This document shows, in pieces, positions 27,695 to 35,423 of a stretch of DNA of 48,115 nt. The notes beneath the pieces were generated by a model that saw only the letters and a list, made by a program, of their open reading frames with translations, was not told the origin of the DNA and made no database searches. This DNA comes from a virus. The stretch spans positions 1 to 48,115 of IMG/VR virus record IMGVR_UViG_3300045988_165611. The stretch is one strand, 5' to 3'. The number at the start of each line of letters is the position of its first letter. Position 1 is the first letter of the stretch. The translations under genes and the position numbers were made by a program.

Positions 27695-28123
27695 ATTGCC
27701 GGAACTGCACTTGCTTTGTTAAATAACGGTGGTTTAGGAGGAATCCTCGGCGGCGGAAATACCAACGCCTACGTGGATTCTTTAAATAGCAAGATTGCCG
27801 AACTCAATGCCGAGAAGTATTCGGATAAGGTCGGAATCGAGGTGTTCAAGGCCGCGCGCGAATCTGACGCGAAAACCAACTCGCGTTTCGAGGAAATCGC
27901 TCGCACAATCGCTGATATGCGTGTCCGCGAAGCGCAGACTGCCGGCAAGATCGACTTGGTGGCCGCCACGGCTACTCAGGGCATTGCTGCGAACTCTGCG
28001 GCGATTACCTGCCTGCAGAACACGGTCGCCGGCATCACGAAGATCGTTGTGCCCAATAGTTCCATCTGTCCTGGGTGGGGGAATGTGACGATTACTCCGG
28101 CCTCTACAACTACTGCTGGCTAA
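27695..28123 (+). CDS. Exon 2 of the intron-split gene (Gly-rich hydrophobic N-region, coiled coil, C-terminal CPGWGNVTITP)
   Basis: In frame with exon 1 after removal of 26871-27694. The track ORF 27692-28123 starts at the ATG formed by the last three intron bases. Confidence 0.7.
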   Translation: MAGTALALLNNGGLGGILGGGNTNAYVDSLNSKIAELNAEKYSDKVGIEVFKAARESDAKTNSRFEEIARTIADMRVREAQTAGKIDLVAATATQGIAANSAAITCLQNTVAGITKIVVPNSSICPGWGNVTITPASTTTAG

Positions 28124-28140
28124 TGTAAGAGGAGGGCATC

Positions 28141-28470
28141 ATGAACATACACGTCAATAAAATCCCTGACATCGTGACTGAGTTCCTAATGACACGTGTC
28201 GTCACAAAAGCGCCTGATTCTGCGATGCAGTTCGGTTTTGGCTTCCTCGTGCCCTATGTGGCCAAGTCGGCCCAGGCTACGGTAAACAATCCGCTGCTCA
28301 AGAACCTCGGCGTAGTGACAGGCGACGGCTTGATTGACCTTGACACCGCTCGTGCCTCGGCCAACGAGGCCTTAGCCAAAGCAGGAGGTAAGGTCACAGC
28401 GTACGGTATTTCTTTTGATCGTAGCGACATCGATGCCCTTTTTGAAATCGCCAATAAGTATGGAGGTTGA
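28141..28470 (+). CDS. Hypothetical protein (109 aa)
   Basis: SD GAGGAGGG upstream. Same cassette as the intron-split gene. Confidence 0.55.
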   Translation: MNIHVNKIPDIVTEFLMTRVVTKAPDSAMQFGFGFLVPYVAKSAQATVNNPLLKNLGVVTGDGLIDLDTARASANEALAKAGGKVTAYGISFDRSDIDALFEIANKYGG

Positions 28471-28471
28471 T

Positions 28472-28642
28472 ATGGACACGAAAGACCTATGTAAAATGCG
28501 CTGTGAGCAAACCAAGGATGCGCTTTTAAATCGGATTGATGAGATTTTGGACGAGGACTACTTCGGGCATTCCGACGTCCAAGAAATCAAAGATTGCTGG
28601 AAGGCCATCTGGTACGCGCATCAGTGCTGTAAAGAAATGTAG
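28472..28642 (+). CDS. Small Cys-rich hypothetical protein (56 aa)
   Basis: The ATG at 28472 is preceded by GGAGG and is in frame with track ORF 28415-28642. Confidence 0.45.
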   Translation: MDTKDLCKMRCEQTKDALLNRIDEILDEDYFGHSDVQEIKDCWKAIWYAHQCCKEM

Positions 28643-28645
28643 TAG

Positions 28646-28681
28646 TTCAAAGTGTTACCGATTTTCGTGTAACACTTTGAA
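28646..28681. repeat. Perfect 13-bp inverted repeat with 10-nt spacer at the end of the accessory cassette
   Basis: TTCAAAGTGTTAC-cgattttcgt-GTAACACTTTGAA. No clear U tract follows, so it could be a terminator or a recombinase/att-related site. Confidence 0.6.
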
Positions 28682-28795
28682 ATTAAACCACTTAGGTACG
28701 CAAGTACCGTGCACCAAGCCCCCTTTCTTCAAACCCTGCATTTCCCTGCATATCCTGTTTTTAAAGCCTTTTTCCCTCCCTGTTTTGCGGTAAAC

Positions 28796-28855
28796 TCGGC
28801 ATAAGTCGGCATAGGTCGGCGTATTTTGTTACTTTTTTGTTACCGAAATTGTTAC
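28796..28855 (+). promoter_or_regulatory. Direct-repeat arrays upstream of the integrase gene (candidate arm-type/attP or int-promoter sites)
   Basis: Three tandem 10-mers, TCGGCATAAG/TCGGCATAGG/TCGGCGTATT (28796-28825), are followed by TTGTTAC three times at 28826, 28837 and 28849. Confidence 0.45.
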
Positions 28856-28862
28856 CGCAATT

Positions 28863-29894
28863 ATGGCTTCCATTTCCAAAACTCCTTCGGGTACGTACGC
28901 CGTGTCGTACCGCGTGAACGGCAAGCAGACTAAGCGTACCTTCAAAGACAAGAAACTCGCGCTGCGCTTTCGTGACGTAGTGGACATGGACCCGAGCGTT
29001 AAATCGACACGAGTTACCGTGGGTGAGTTGGTGCTTGCCTACCGCGACAAGATGTCTGCCAGGAAGCGTGGCGCTCGCGCTGAAAGCCTGCGCTTGACGG
29101 CCCTGGCGCGCAGGACCTTCGCCTCCATACGTTTGGACAAGGTCACGCACCGAGACCTACAGGCATTCGTCGATGAACGCACGACCGAGGTTGCGCCGGC
29201 AACGGTGGTCAGGGAAGTGGCCACTCTGTCAGCCGTGTTCGCTTGGGCAAAATCACAGGATCTTATTCTCGAAAGTCCGACCAAGGGGCTTGTGCTTCCC
29301 CGTCCTCCCGAGCATCGGGAACGTGTGGCCTCGGACGAAGACATTGAGAAGCTGCTTGCCGCCTCAGGCTGGGACGGCAAGAGTCCGCCTTGCAATAACA
29401 TGCAGACGGTCATCGCTGCATTTCTCTTCTCGTGTCGAACGGGAATGAGAGCCGGCGAGATACTACAGATTGAGGTATCTTGGATAGACGGCTGCGTAAT
29501 TCACCTGCCTGCAAGCGCCACGAAGACGGCCACCAGGCGGGATGTTGCCCTCGGTAAAGATGCCCTGCGTCTTCTTGCCCTGGTAAAGGAAGCCAACGGC
29601 GATGACCTCTTCCAAATGCGCTCGGGCTTACGAGACGCCCTGTTCCGCAAAGTCCGCGACAGGGCAGGGCTAGGGCCCGTACTCGATTCGCACGGCAACG
29701 TTATTAAAGAGGGGCTACACTTCCATGACGGACGCGCGACTTTCGCTACGTGGGCGGCAAGCCCTGACCCCGAGACGGGCGCTCCGCGGCTCGATGTGAT
29801 GGCGCTATCTCGCCAGACGGGCCACAGAGACCTTAAAATGCTCATGCGCTACTACCGCGCTACGGCACAAGAGATTGCGAAACGATTGAAATAA
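28863..29894 (+). CDS. int: Tyrosine recombinase / phage integrase
   Basis: 343 aa with ATRRDVAL (Arg), HDGRATFATW (H-x-x-R) and GHRDLKMLMRYY (His...Tyr). Confidence 0.9.
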   Translation: MASISKTPSGTYAVSYRVNGKQTKRTFKDKKLALRFRDVVDMDPSVKSTRVTVGELVLAYRDKMSARKRGARAESLRLTALARRTFASIRLDKVTHRDLQAFVDERTTEVAPATVVREVATLSAVFAWAKSQDLILESPTKGLVLPRPPEHRERVASDEDIEKLLAASGWDGKSPPCNNMQTVIAAFLFSCRTGMRAGEILQIEVSWIDGCVIHLPASATKTATRRDVALGKDALRLLALVKEANGDDLFQMRSGLRDALFRKVRDRAGLGPVLDSHGNVIKEGLHFHDGRATFATWAASPDPETGAPRLDVMALSRQTGHRDLKMLMRYYRATAQEIAKRLK

Positions 29895-29896
29895 AA

Positions 29897-29916
29897 ACGG
29901 GGGCATGTGCCCCCGT
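29897..29916. terminator. Bidirectional intrinsic terminator between the convergent int and xis-like genes
   Basis: The stem ACGGGGGCA-TG-TGCCCCCGT is flanked by an A run upstream and T-containing sequence downstream. Confidence 0.65.
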
Positions 29917-29943
29917 GTCTGCAATCACGTGAAAGTTATCGCA

Positions 29944-30234
29944 TCACTTCCCCATAAACTCTCCTTCACCTATGTTAAAAACTGACTCATTGGCGGCGCG
30001 ATACTGCTTGACGCGCTCCTTGAGCCAGGCTTCCACTTCCTCCCTGACCCACCGGTTCCTTCCGCCCTCTACTAGCTGGATAGGACGGGGAAATGATGCG
30101 TCACGAAGAATCTTTCTCAGGCCTGAAGAATCCTCATCGTAGCCGCAAAGCAGGGCGACCCCTGTGGAGGTGAGTAGACTCGCTTGTAGCTTCACGACTT
30201 CCAAAGCAACCTCTCGTGCGAAATTCTTATCCAT
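29944..30234 (-). CDS. AlpA/excisionase-family HTH protein
   Basis: LRKILRDASFPRPIQLVEGGRNRWVREEVEAWL matches the AlpA/Xis (MerR-like HTH) pattern. Adjacent to int. Confidence 0.65.
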   Translation of the reverse strand: MDKNFAREVALEVVKLQASLLTSTGVALLCGYDEDSSGLRKILRDASFPRPIQLVEGGRNRWVREEVEAWLKERVKQYRAANESVFNIGEGEFMGK

Positions 30235-31603
30235 GTACTTTCTCCAAAAGAATATCCATTACGCCGCGCTTAGTGGCCAGGCGCTCGGCCACGGCCATGT
30301 CTAAAGTGCCGTCGGCTACGATGTTGTAGATGTAAACAGCTCGGGGATGCCCTGCCTGCTTCTGTCGTGTCGGTCCGATGCGTTCGATAATCTGCTCGTG
30401 TTCCTCAAGGTTCCAACCGCGAGAAAAGAACACGAGGATGTTCCCGCCATCTTGCAGATTAAGCCCGTGACCACACGATGCCGGGTGCGCGAGAAGCATC
30501 TGAATCTTGCCTTGATTCCAGGAGCGAATAGTCGCGGGATTCGAATCGAGTATTTTCGCAGCCGGAAAGGCCTTCCGAATACGATCCAATTCATGTTTAA
30601 ACTGGTACGCAACGAGAAGTGGCGCACCTGATGCTTCGGAAACAATCGACTCAAGAGCCGATATCTTTTCGTCATGCGTCGTAACATAATCTCCGTTCTC
30701 CGTATAAAGCGCTCCGCCGGCCAGCTGCAGGCATCGTCCTGTCATCGCCGCTGCATTGGGGCTTTCAACCGATTCGCCGTTGGCCAACTCAACGAACAGG
30801 TTCCGCTGCATTTCCCGATACAGCTCCATCGCCTTCTTGGGAAGCGTGACGTGTACGTCCGACTCGATAGGCTTGTCGACCGGGAAATAGTCCTCGGTAT
30901 TAATCTTGAGCGTCACATCCTGCAGGCGCTCTTGGATTTGCTCATCGGCGAACGGGAGCAAGTCGTACTGCACGGCAAAGGCGTTCGCCCCGACACGCCG
31001 CGGTGTGAAGAACTGGTCGTGGTAAGCGGCCATGGATGACCCGAGGCGCTTGCCTTTGTCGATGAACCACATCTGCCCCCACAGGTCCTCATAGCCGTTC
31101 GGTGCCGGGGTTCCTGTCAGCTCGATAAAGCGCTTGCAGTAAAGGTGAGCCACGCGGCCGAGCTCACGCGCCCTCTGGCTTCCCTGACGCAGACGGAAGG
31201 ACTTGAGCCGTGTCGATTCGTCTGCGACGATAATCTTGTACGGCCACCCGCGTCCCCAATACTTAACTAAGTCGGGAATGCGCTCGTAGTTAACGCAATA
31301 CACGTCCGCTGTGGACGTGATGGCATTGAGAAACTCGTCCTTGCTGCCGACCGCTGAGATAACGTGCAAGCCCCTAAGATGCTCCCACTTGCGAGCTTCC
31401 TCCGGCCACGTTGTTGCCGCCACGCGCTTGGGTGCGAGCACAAGCACAGGCCCGTCTTCGAAAAAGTCGAGGACCTGCTTGAGCGCAGTCAGGGTAGACA
31501 CGGTCTTGCCCAGACCCATGCCGGCCCAAACGGCCAAGCGCGGATGCTCGACAATCGCATCAATGATGCGCTTCTGATACGGCCGCGGCGTAAACGCTGT
31601 CAT
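30227..31603 (-). CDS. SNF2-family helicase
   Basis: Contains GMGLGKT (motif I), DESTRLK (motif II) and QIIERIGPTRQKQAG (motif VI-like). The ATG at 31603 makes an ATGA overlap with the upstream micro-ORF, whereas the track uses the GTG at 31621. Confidence 0.85.
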   Translation of the reverse strand: MTAFTPRPYQKRIIDAIVEHPRLAVWAGMGLGKTVSTLTALKQVLDFFEDGPVLVLAPKRVAATTWPEEARKWEHLRGLHVISAVGSKDEFLNAITSTADVYCVNYERIPDLVKYWGRGWPYKIIVADESTRLKSFRLRQGSQRARELGRVAHLYCKRFIELTGTPAPNGYEDLWGQMWFIDKGKRLGSSMAAYHDQFFTPRRVGANAFAVQYDLLPFADEQIQERLQDVTLKINTEDYFPVDKPIESDVHVTLPKKAMELYREMQRNLFVELANGESVESPNAAAMTGRCLQLAGGALYTENGDYVTTHDEKISALESIVSEASGAPLLVAYQFKHELDRIRKAFPAAKILDSNPATIRSWNQGKIQMLLAHPASCGHGLNLQDGGNILVFFSRGWNLEEHEQIIERIGPTRQKQAGHPRAVYIYNIVADGTLDMAVAERLATKRGVMDILLEKVHG

Positions 31604-31719
31604 GACAGAATCCACGGGCACATGGCATAGACAACGCCGAACACCGCCATGGCGATAACGGTCGTCAGACCGAAAGAAACTTTCAATGCGAACACGAATG
31701 CCTCATCTAGTTCTTTCAT
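31600..31719 (-). CDS. 39-aa membrane peptide (not in ORF track)
   Basis: MKELDEAFVFALKVSFGLTTVIAMAVFGVVYAMCPWILS, with ATGA overlaps at both ends. Confidence 0.45.
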   Translation of the reverse strand: MKELDEAFVFALKVSFGLTTVIAMAVFGVVYAMCPWILS

Positions 31720-31940
31720 TCGAATTTCTCCTTTTCCGGTGCGTAGCGCCAGGAGATAATTTCCTTATGCGGGATTCGCTTGTCTTTATAGAGCAGGGGA
31801 CGGAACTCGTCGCCTTTACGCATGGCATACAGACAGATGCTTAGTGCCGTCACGGTGCTCCTGACCCTTGCAAGAATCCGCAGATTCTTAATTGGCCACG
31901 TCGTCTCATCGAATGGCTTGAATACGGTCCACGTCACCAT
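31716..31940 (-). CDS. Hypothetical protein (74 aa)
   Basis: ORF in the operon, overlapping both neighbours. Confidence 0.5.
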   Translation of the reverse strand: MVTWTVFKPFDETTWPIKNLRILARVRSTVTALSICLYAMRKGDEFRPLLYKDKRIPHKEIISWRYAPEKEKFE

Positions 31941-32209
31941 TGCCGCCCCTCCGCGATTTTCGCCTGGGCACTAAGCACTGCTCCGTACTCCTTAAGCACT
32001 TGGTCCTCGCCGCCGTCTTTGGCCAACAGGAGATTAATGCTGTAAAGCACGCGGGCCATAGCCTCGTGTTCTAAGAACGTGTAGTGCGAGGAATCGTTCC
32101 CTTGACGCTTAAGGATGCAGCTAACAAGCGTCATGCAGTCCTCCGCTAGGGCACGCTCATGCTCGATGCGACTGCCCGTCTTAGCTAAAGTCAAAAATCT
32201 TGCGTCCAT
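31934..32209 (-). CDS. Hypothetical protein (91 aa)
   Basis: ORF in the operon with an SD (GGAGGAGG) upstream. Confidence 0.5.
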   Translation of the reverse strand: MDARFLTLAKTGSRIEHERALAEDCMTLVSCILKRQGNDSSHYTFLEHEAMARVLYSINLLLAKDGGEDQVLKEYGAVLSAQAKIAEGRQW

Positions 32210-32219
32210 ACCTCCTCCT

Positions 32220-32489
32220 TTAAACTAAATCCAGTGGACTTACATCCTCACTATCAATAACAAATACCCGACAACCTGACTTCTCCATCCGGGCGATCTC
32301 CCTCTCTTGGTGCGGGCGAAGCTTCTCACCCGGCGCCTTGAACTCAATCCAATAATGGCGGCCATTGGCCATCACGAAGCGGTCAGGCGCCCCACGCCTG
32401 CCTTCCCAGGCGCACTTGCGCACATCTAGGCCAAGCGCTTTGCACCGCGCTAGGAACTTATTAATCACACGACCCTCGGGCGTTGTCAT
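32220..32489 (-). CDS. VRR-NUC domain nuclease
   Basis: GAPDRFVMANGRHYWIEFKAPGEKLRPHQ contains the D...E-x-K core. Confidence 0.75.
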   Translation of the reverse strand: MTTPEGRVINKFLARCKALGLDVRKCAWEGRRGAPDRFVMANGRHYWIEFKAPGEKLRPHQEREIARMEKSGCRVFVIDSEDVSPLDLV

Positions 32490-34568
32490 TTAATCAGCCT
32501 TTTTGTATCGGTTGCCTACAAAGCCGTCTACAGCGAGCGGTAGCCCCCTGTAAACCGTACTTGTAGGCTTAGTCATAACGGATACCAAGAAGTCGTAGGC
32601 CTTTCGGCCGTTGACTTCCGGCACCTCACACACAATCTCGTCGTGCACGTGCATGACAGGACACATGCCTGCTTTCTCCAAGCGCACAAGCGCACCGCAC
32701 AGAAGGTCGCAGCTTGTCGCTTGGACAAGGTTTTCCACGCACTTGGCCCCGTGGGTTTCGAGTCGGCACCATTTGCGCACTTTCTGGTCAATGCCAAGGT
32801 ACGTAAAGGACCCCGATTGCTCGTCATTGATACGCGGCTTGGCGTACACAAGCTTGCGACCAGCAGGAAGGCGCACTGTCAGATACTGGCCGTCGTACTT
32901 GGCCACGATGCCCCGACGCACGGGAAACTCGATGCCGGGGTTCTCGATGGCATTAAGGCAGGCCGTGCCGACTAGGTCCCAGAACTCGGCAATGTGGGGG
33001 TTGGCCAAGCGCCAAGCGCGCTTGACAGCGTCAACAGCCACGAACGTATGCTTGTCTAGGTCGCACGTGCGATTGTTCTTAACGAACCAATCCCACGACT
33101 TGTCGGCTTCGGCCACGAGGACGGGATCGAGGGCGGCGTAAATGTCATCGGCCACAGCCTTCAGATTCATTCCGTATCCGTTGGCGAACGTGACAAATGC
33201 ACCCGCTCCGCCCCCATACCCCAGGGCAAGCTCTAGCACTTTGCCCATTTGCCGTTGCGGCTTCGTCACATCTTCCGGACGAATGCCGAATGTTTTGCCG
33301 TACGTCATCTTGTACAGGTCGTGTCCGTGCCCTGCATCGAAATCTCGGAAAGCCTTAAGCTTCCACTCCTCGCCGGCAAGCCAAGCGAGCACACGGCCTT
33401 CCACGTTGCTCCAGTCAGCCACGACAAAGGTCTTGTCCTCGGGCGCGACGATGAGGCCTCGCAGGCACGTAGAAAGGACAGGGCGCACGTCTTCATAAAA
33501 AGACTCGGCCACTCCTGCCTTGATCAAATCGATAGCCTCGAAGAATCCCGCCTCCTTAAAGGCAGGGCGGGCAAGATTCTGCGGTTGGAAGATGCGCCCG
33601 GCAAAGCGCCCGGTTCGCATCGCACCACGGAATTGGAGTGTGCCGCGCAAGCGCCCGTCCGATGACACGGCATCGAGCACCTTCTCGTACTTCGTGGCAC
33701 TTGTGGCCGCGCTCGCAAGACGCAGGCGCAGCAGATCCTTAACAGGTTCCGGCACATCGTCGGCGTCAATCTTGCGCTCCACCTCGGCCTTGGTCATAGA
33801 CGACAAGCGCCAGCCGTACTGCTTCTCGATGAACTTGAGCATGGCGTCGCGCTGCGTGGCCCGTGTTACCTCTCCGTTCGTTAACTCGGCTGTACGCATA
33901 GCGAGGCCCTCCTTGTGCTCCTTATCAAGGCGCAAGGCCCCCTTGGCCAACTCTTGGTCGATAAGGTACCCACGGCGGTTAATGGCTGCGTCCGTGAGCT
34001 GGATCTCGCGCTCTTCCTTCGTGCAGTTGAACTTCGGGAGGCGCTTGAACACCTCGCGCATGGACACGATGTCCATACGACAATATTCTTTGAATAACTC
34101 CCAATCGGCAGGGCGGTTCTCTTTCGTCGCTCTGCGGTTCTTCCAGTTGGAGGGTAGGGGTTTGCAGAAAAGATTTACAAGCCGTGAGCCGTCGGCCATC
34201 TTCGATTCGCTCTCGGTAAGTCCGAAGACCTTGCACAGGTCCGCAAGCGCACCGGGAAGGCCGTGCTCGTAGGCAATGACCATCGAATCGATGATGCGCT
34301 TGGGGCTCCAGTCGTACTGAGGCAATACGTGTGCGAGCACGACTGAATCGAACTGCATGCCGTTGTGGAACACAAGGCGCGTTGCCTCGTCACGCAAGGC
34401 CTTGTCGAGATCGGCCGGCACAGGCTCGCACGTTGCATCCCACACCTTGGCATGACCATCGGCGAGCGCATAGCCGAAAAGCAAAAGCTCCGCTGTCTCC
34501 GCGTACTTATGTGTGCCGACACTAATCGGTGTCTTGTTAAAAGTTTCGATGTCCGCAAAAACTAACAT
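32490..34568 (-). CDS. Family A DNA polymerase with 3'-5' exonuclease domain
   Basis: Exo I FADIETF, motif A VVADWSNVEGRVLAWLA, motif B RQMGKVLELALGYGGG, motif C VMHVHDEIV. Confidence 0.9.
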   Translation of the reverse strand: MLVFADIETFNKTPISVGTHKYAETAELLLFGYALADGHAKVWDATCEPVPADLDKALRDEATRLVFHNGMQFDSVVLAHVLPQYDWSPKRIIDSMVIAYEHGLPGALADLCKVFGLTESESKMADGSRLVNLFCKPLPSNWKNRRATKENRPADWELFKEYCRMDIVSMREVFKRLPKFNCTKEEREIQLTDAAINRRGYLIDQELAKGALRLDKEHKEGLAMRTAELTNGEVTRATQRDAMLKFIEKQYGWRLSSMTKAEVERKIDADDVPEPVKDLLRLRLASAATSATKYEKVLDAVSSDGRLRGTLQFRGAMRTGRFAGRIFQPQNLARPAFKEAGFFEAIDLIKAGVAESFYEDVRPVLSTCLRGLIVAPEDKTFVVADWSNVEGRVLAWLAGEEWKLKAFRDFDAGHGHDLYKMTYGKTFGIRPEDVTKPQRQMGKVLELALGYGGGAGAFVTFANGYGMNLKAVADDIYAALDPVLVAEADKSWDWFVKNNRTCDLDKHTFVAVDAVKRAWRLANPHIAEFWDLVGTACLNAIENPGIEFPVRRGIVAKYDGQYLTVRLPAGRKLVYAKPRINDEQSGSFTYLGIDQKVRKWCRLETHGAKCVENLVQATSCDLLCGALVRLEKAGMCPVMHVHDEIVCEVPEVNGRKAYDFLVSVMTKPTSTVYRGLPLAVDGFVGNRYKKAD

Positions 34569-34806
34569 TGCTTTTCCTTAAAAATGTCGCGGGGTAACCG
34601 GACGACAGGGACCAGGAAATGACGGCAACGTATACAAGCCAAAACCGGAAACCCTTTAGAACCCGAGGGAATCAACAGAAACCCCGGGCCGCCAGAGAGT
34701 CCACCCAACGATGGACGAGCACTACATCCTCCGGTTCCCCGATAAAGCCTCCGTCGCCAGGGGCTTTACCGGGAAGGCTCCGTCAGGAGCCAACCCGATG
34801 TTCTAC

Positions 34807-35388
34807 TTAACTAAACACATCCAACTCGTCAGCGAAGTCGTCGTTGGCCGCAACCGGCGTGGCTAACGCCTCGAAGTCGTCAGCCGTCGCACGGATTCCG
34901 GAGCCCTCAAACGGTTCACCCTCTTTACGGAAGTGAACCGAAACGAGCTCGAAGGACACGCCTTTTGAGCCGCTTGCGTCGTAGCACCAGGACTGCACGA
35001 CTACGTCGATGTAGTCGCCCGACCGGGGCATATCCGCCTGCGATGTAAGCACCCTCTTTAAGTCAGCCGAGTACACAATCGGGGCACCGTTCTCCTCCCG
35101 GCGCTTTGCATTGATGTACCAGCGTTGGCGGTCGGTATCGTGCTGCAGGCCACGTGTGTTCTTGTTCTCCTTAGCGGCAGCAAAAACACGCTCGGCCTTG
35201 TCACCGAACTTGGCTACAAAAGCCTCTTTCATGCCCGCAGCGACTTTCTGCAAGTTCTCCTTGTCGTCTTCCGCGATCACAATCTGAGCGCTGTAGAACT
35301 TGCGTCCGTCTTGCGAGTAGCGGTTCTCTTGAGCGACCACCAGGCGCGGAAAATTAATCCGCACATTTTTCAAAATAATCTTTGCCAT
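34807..35388 (-). CDS. DUF2815-type phage single-stranded DNA-binding protein
   Basis: 193 aa between the nuclease and polymerase genes. The N-terminus MAKIILKNVRINFPRLV and the acidic tail DDFADELDVFS are SSB-like. Confidence 0.6.
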   Translation of the reverse strand: MAKIILKNVRINFPRLVVAQENRYSQDGRKFYSAQIVIAEDDKENLQKVAAGMKEAFVAKFGDKAERVFAAAKENKNTRGLQHDTDRQRWYINAKRREENGAPIVYSADLKRVLTSQADMPRSGDYIDVVVQSWCYDASGSKGVSFELVSVHFRKEGEPFEGSGIRATADDFEALATPVAANDDFADELDVFS

Positions 35389-35423
35389 AACTAACTTCCT
35401 AGATATAAATTAATCAACGCTTT

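Noticed and set aside
28697-28710. Similarity between GGTACGCAAGTACC near int and GGTACCGCAAATAC inside the 56-bp fibre inverted repeat, as evidence that the integrase flips the fibre segment
   Set aside because: The match is about 13 nt with a gap and a mismatch. That is too short to exclude chance, so it is kept only as a hint for experiments.
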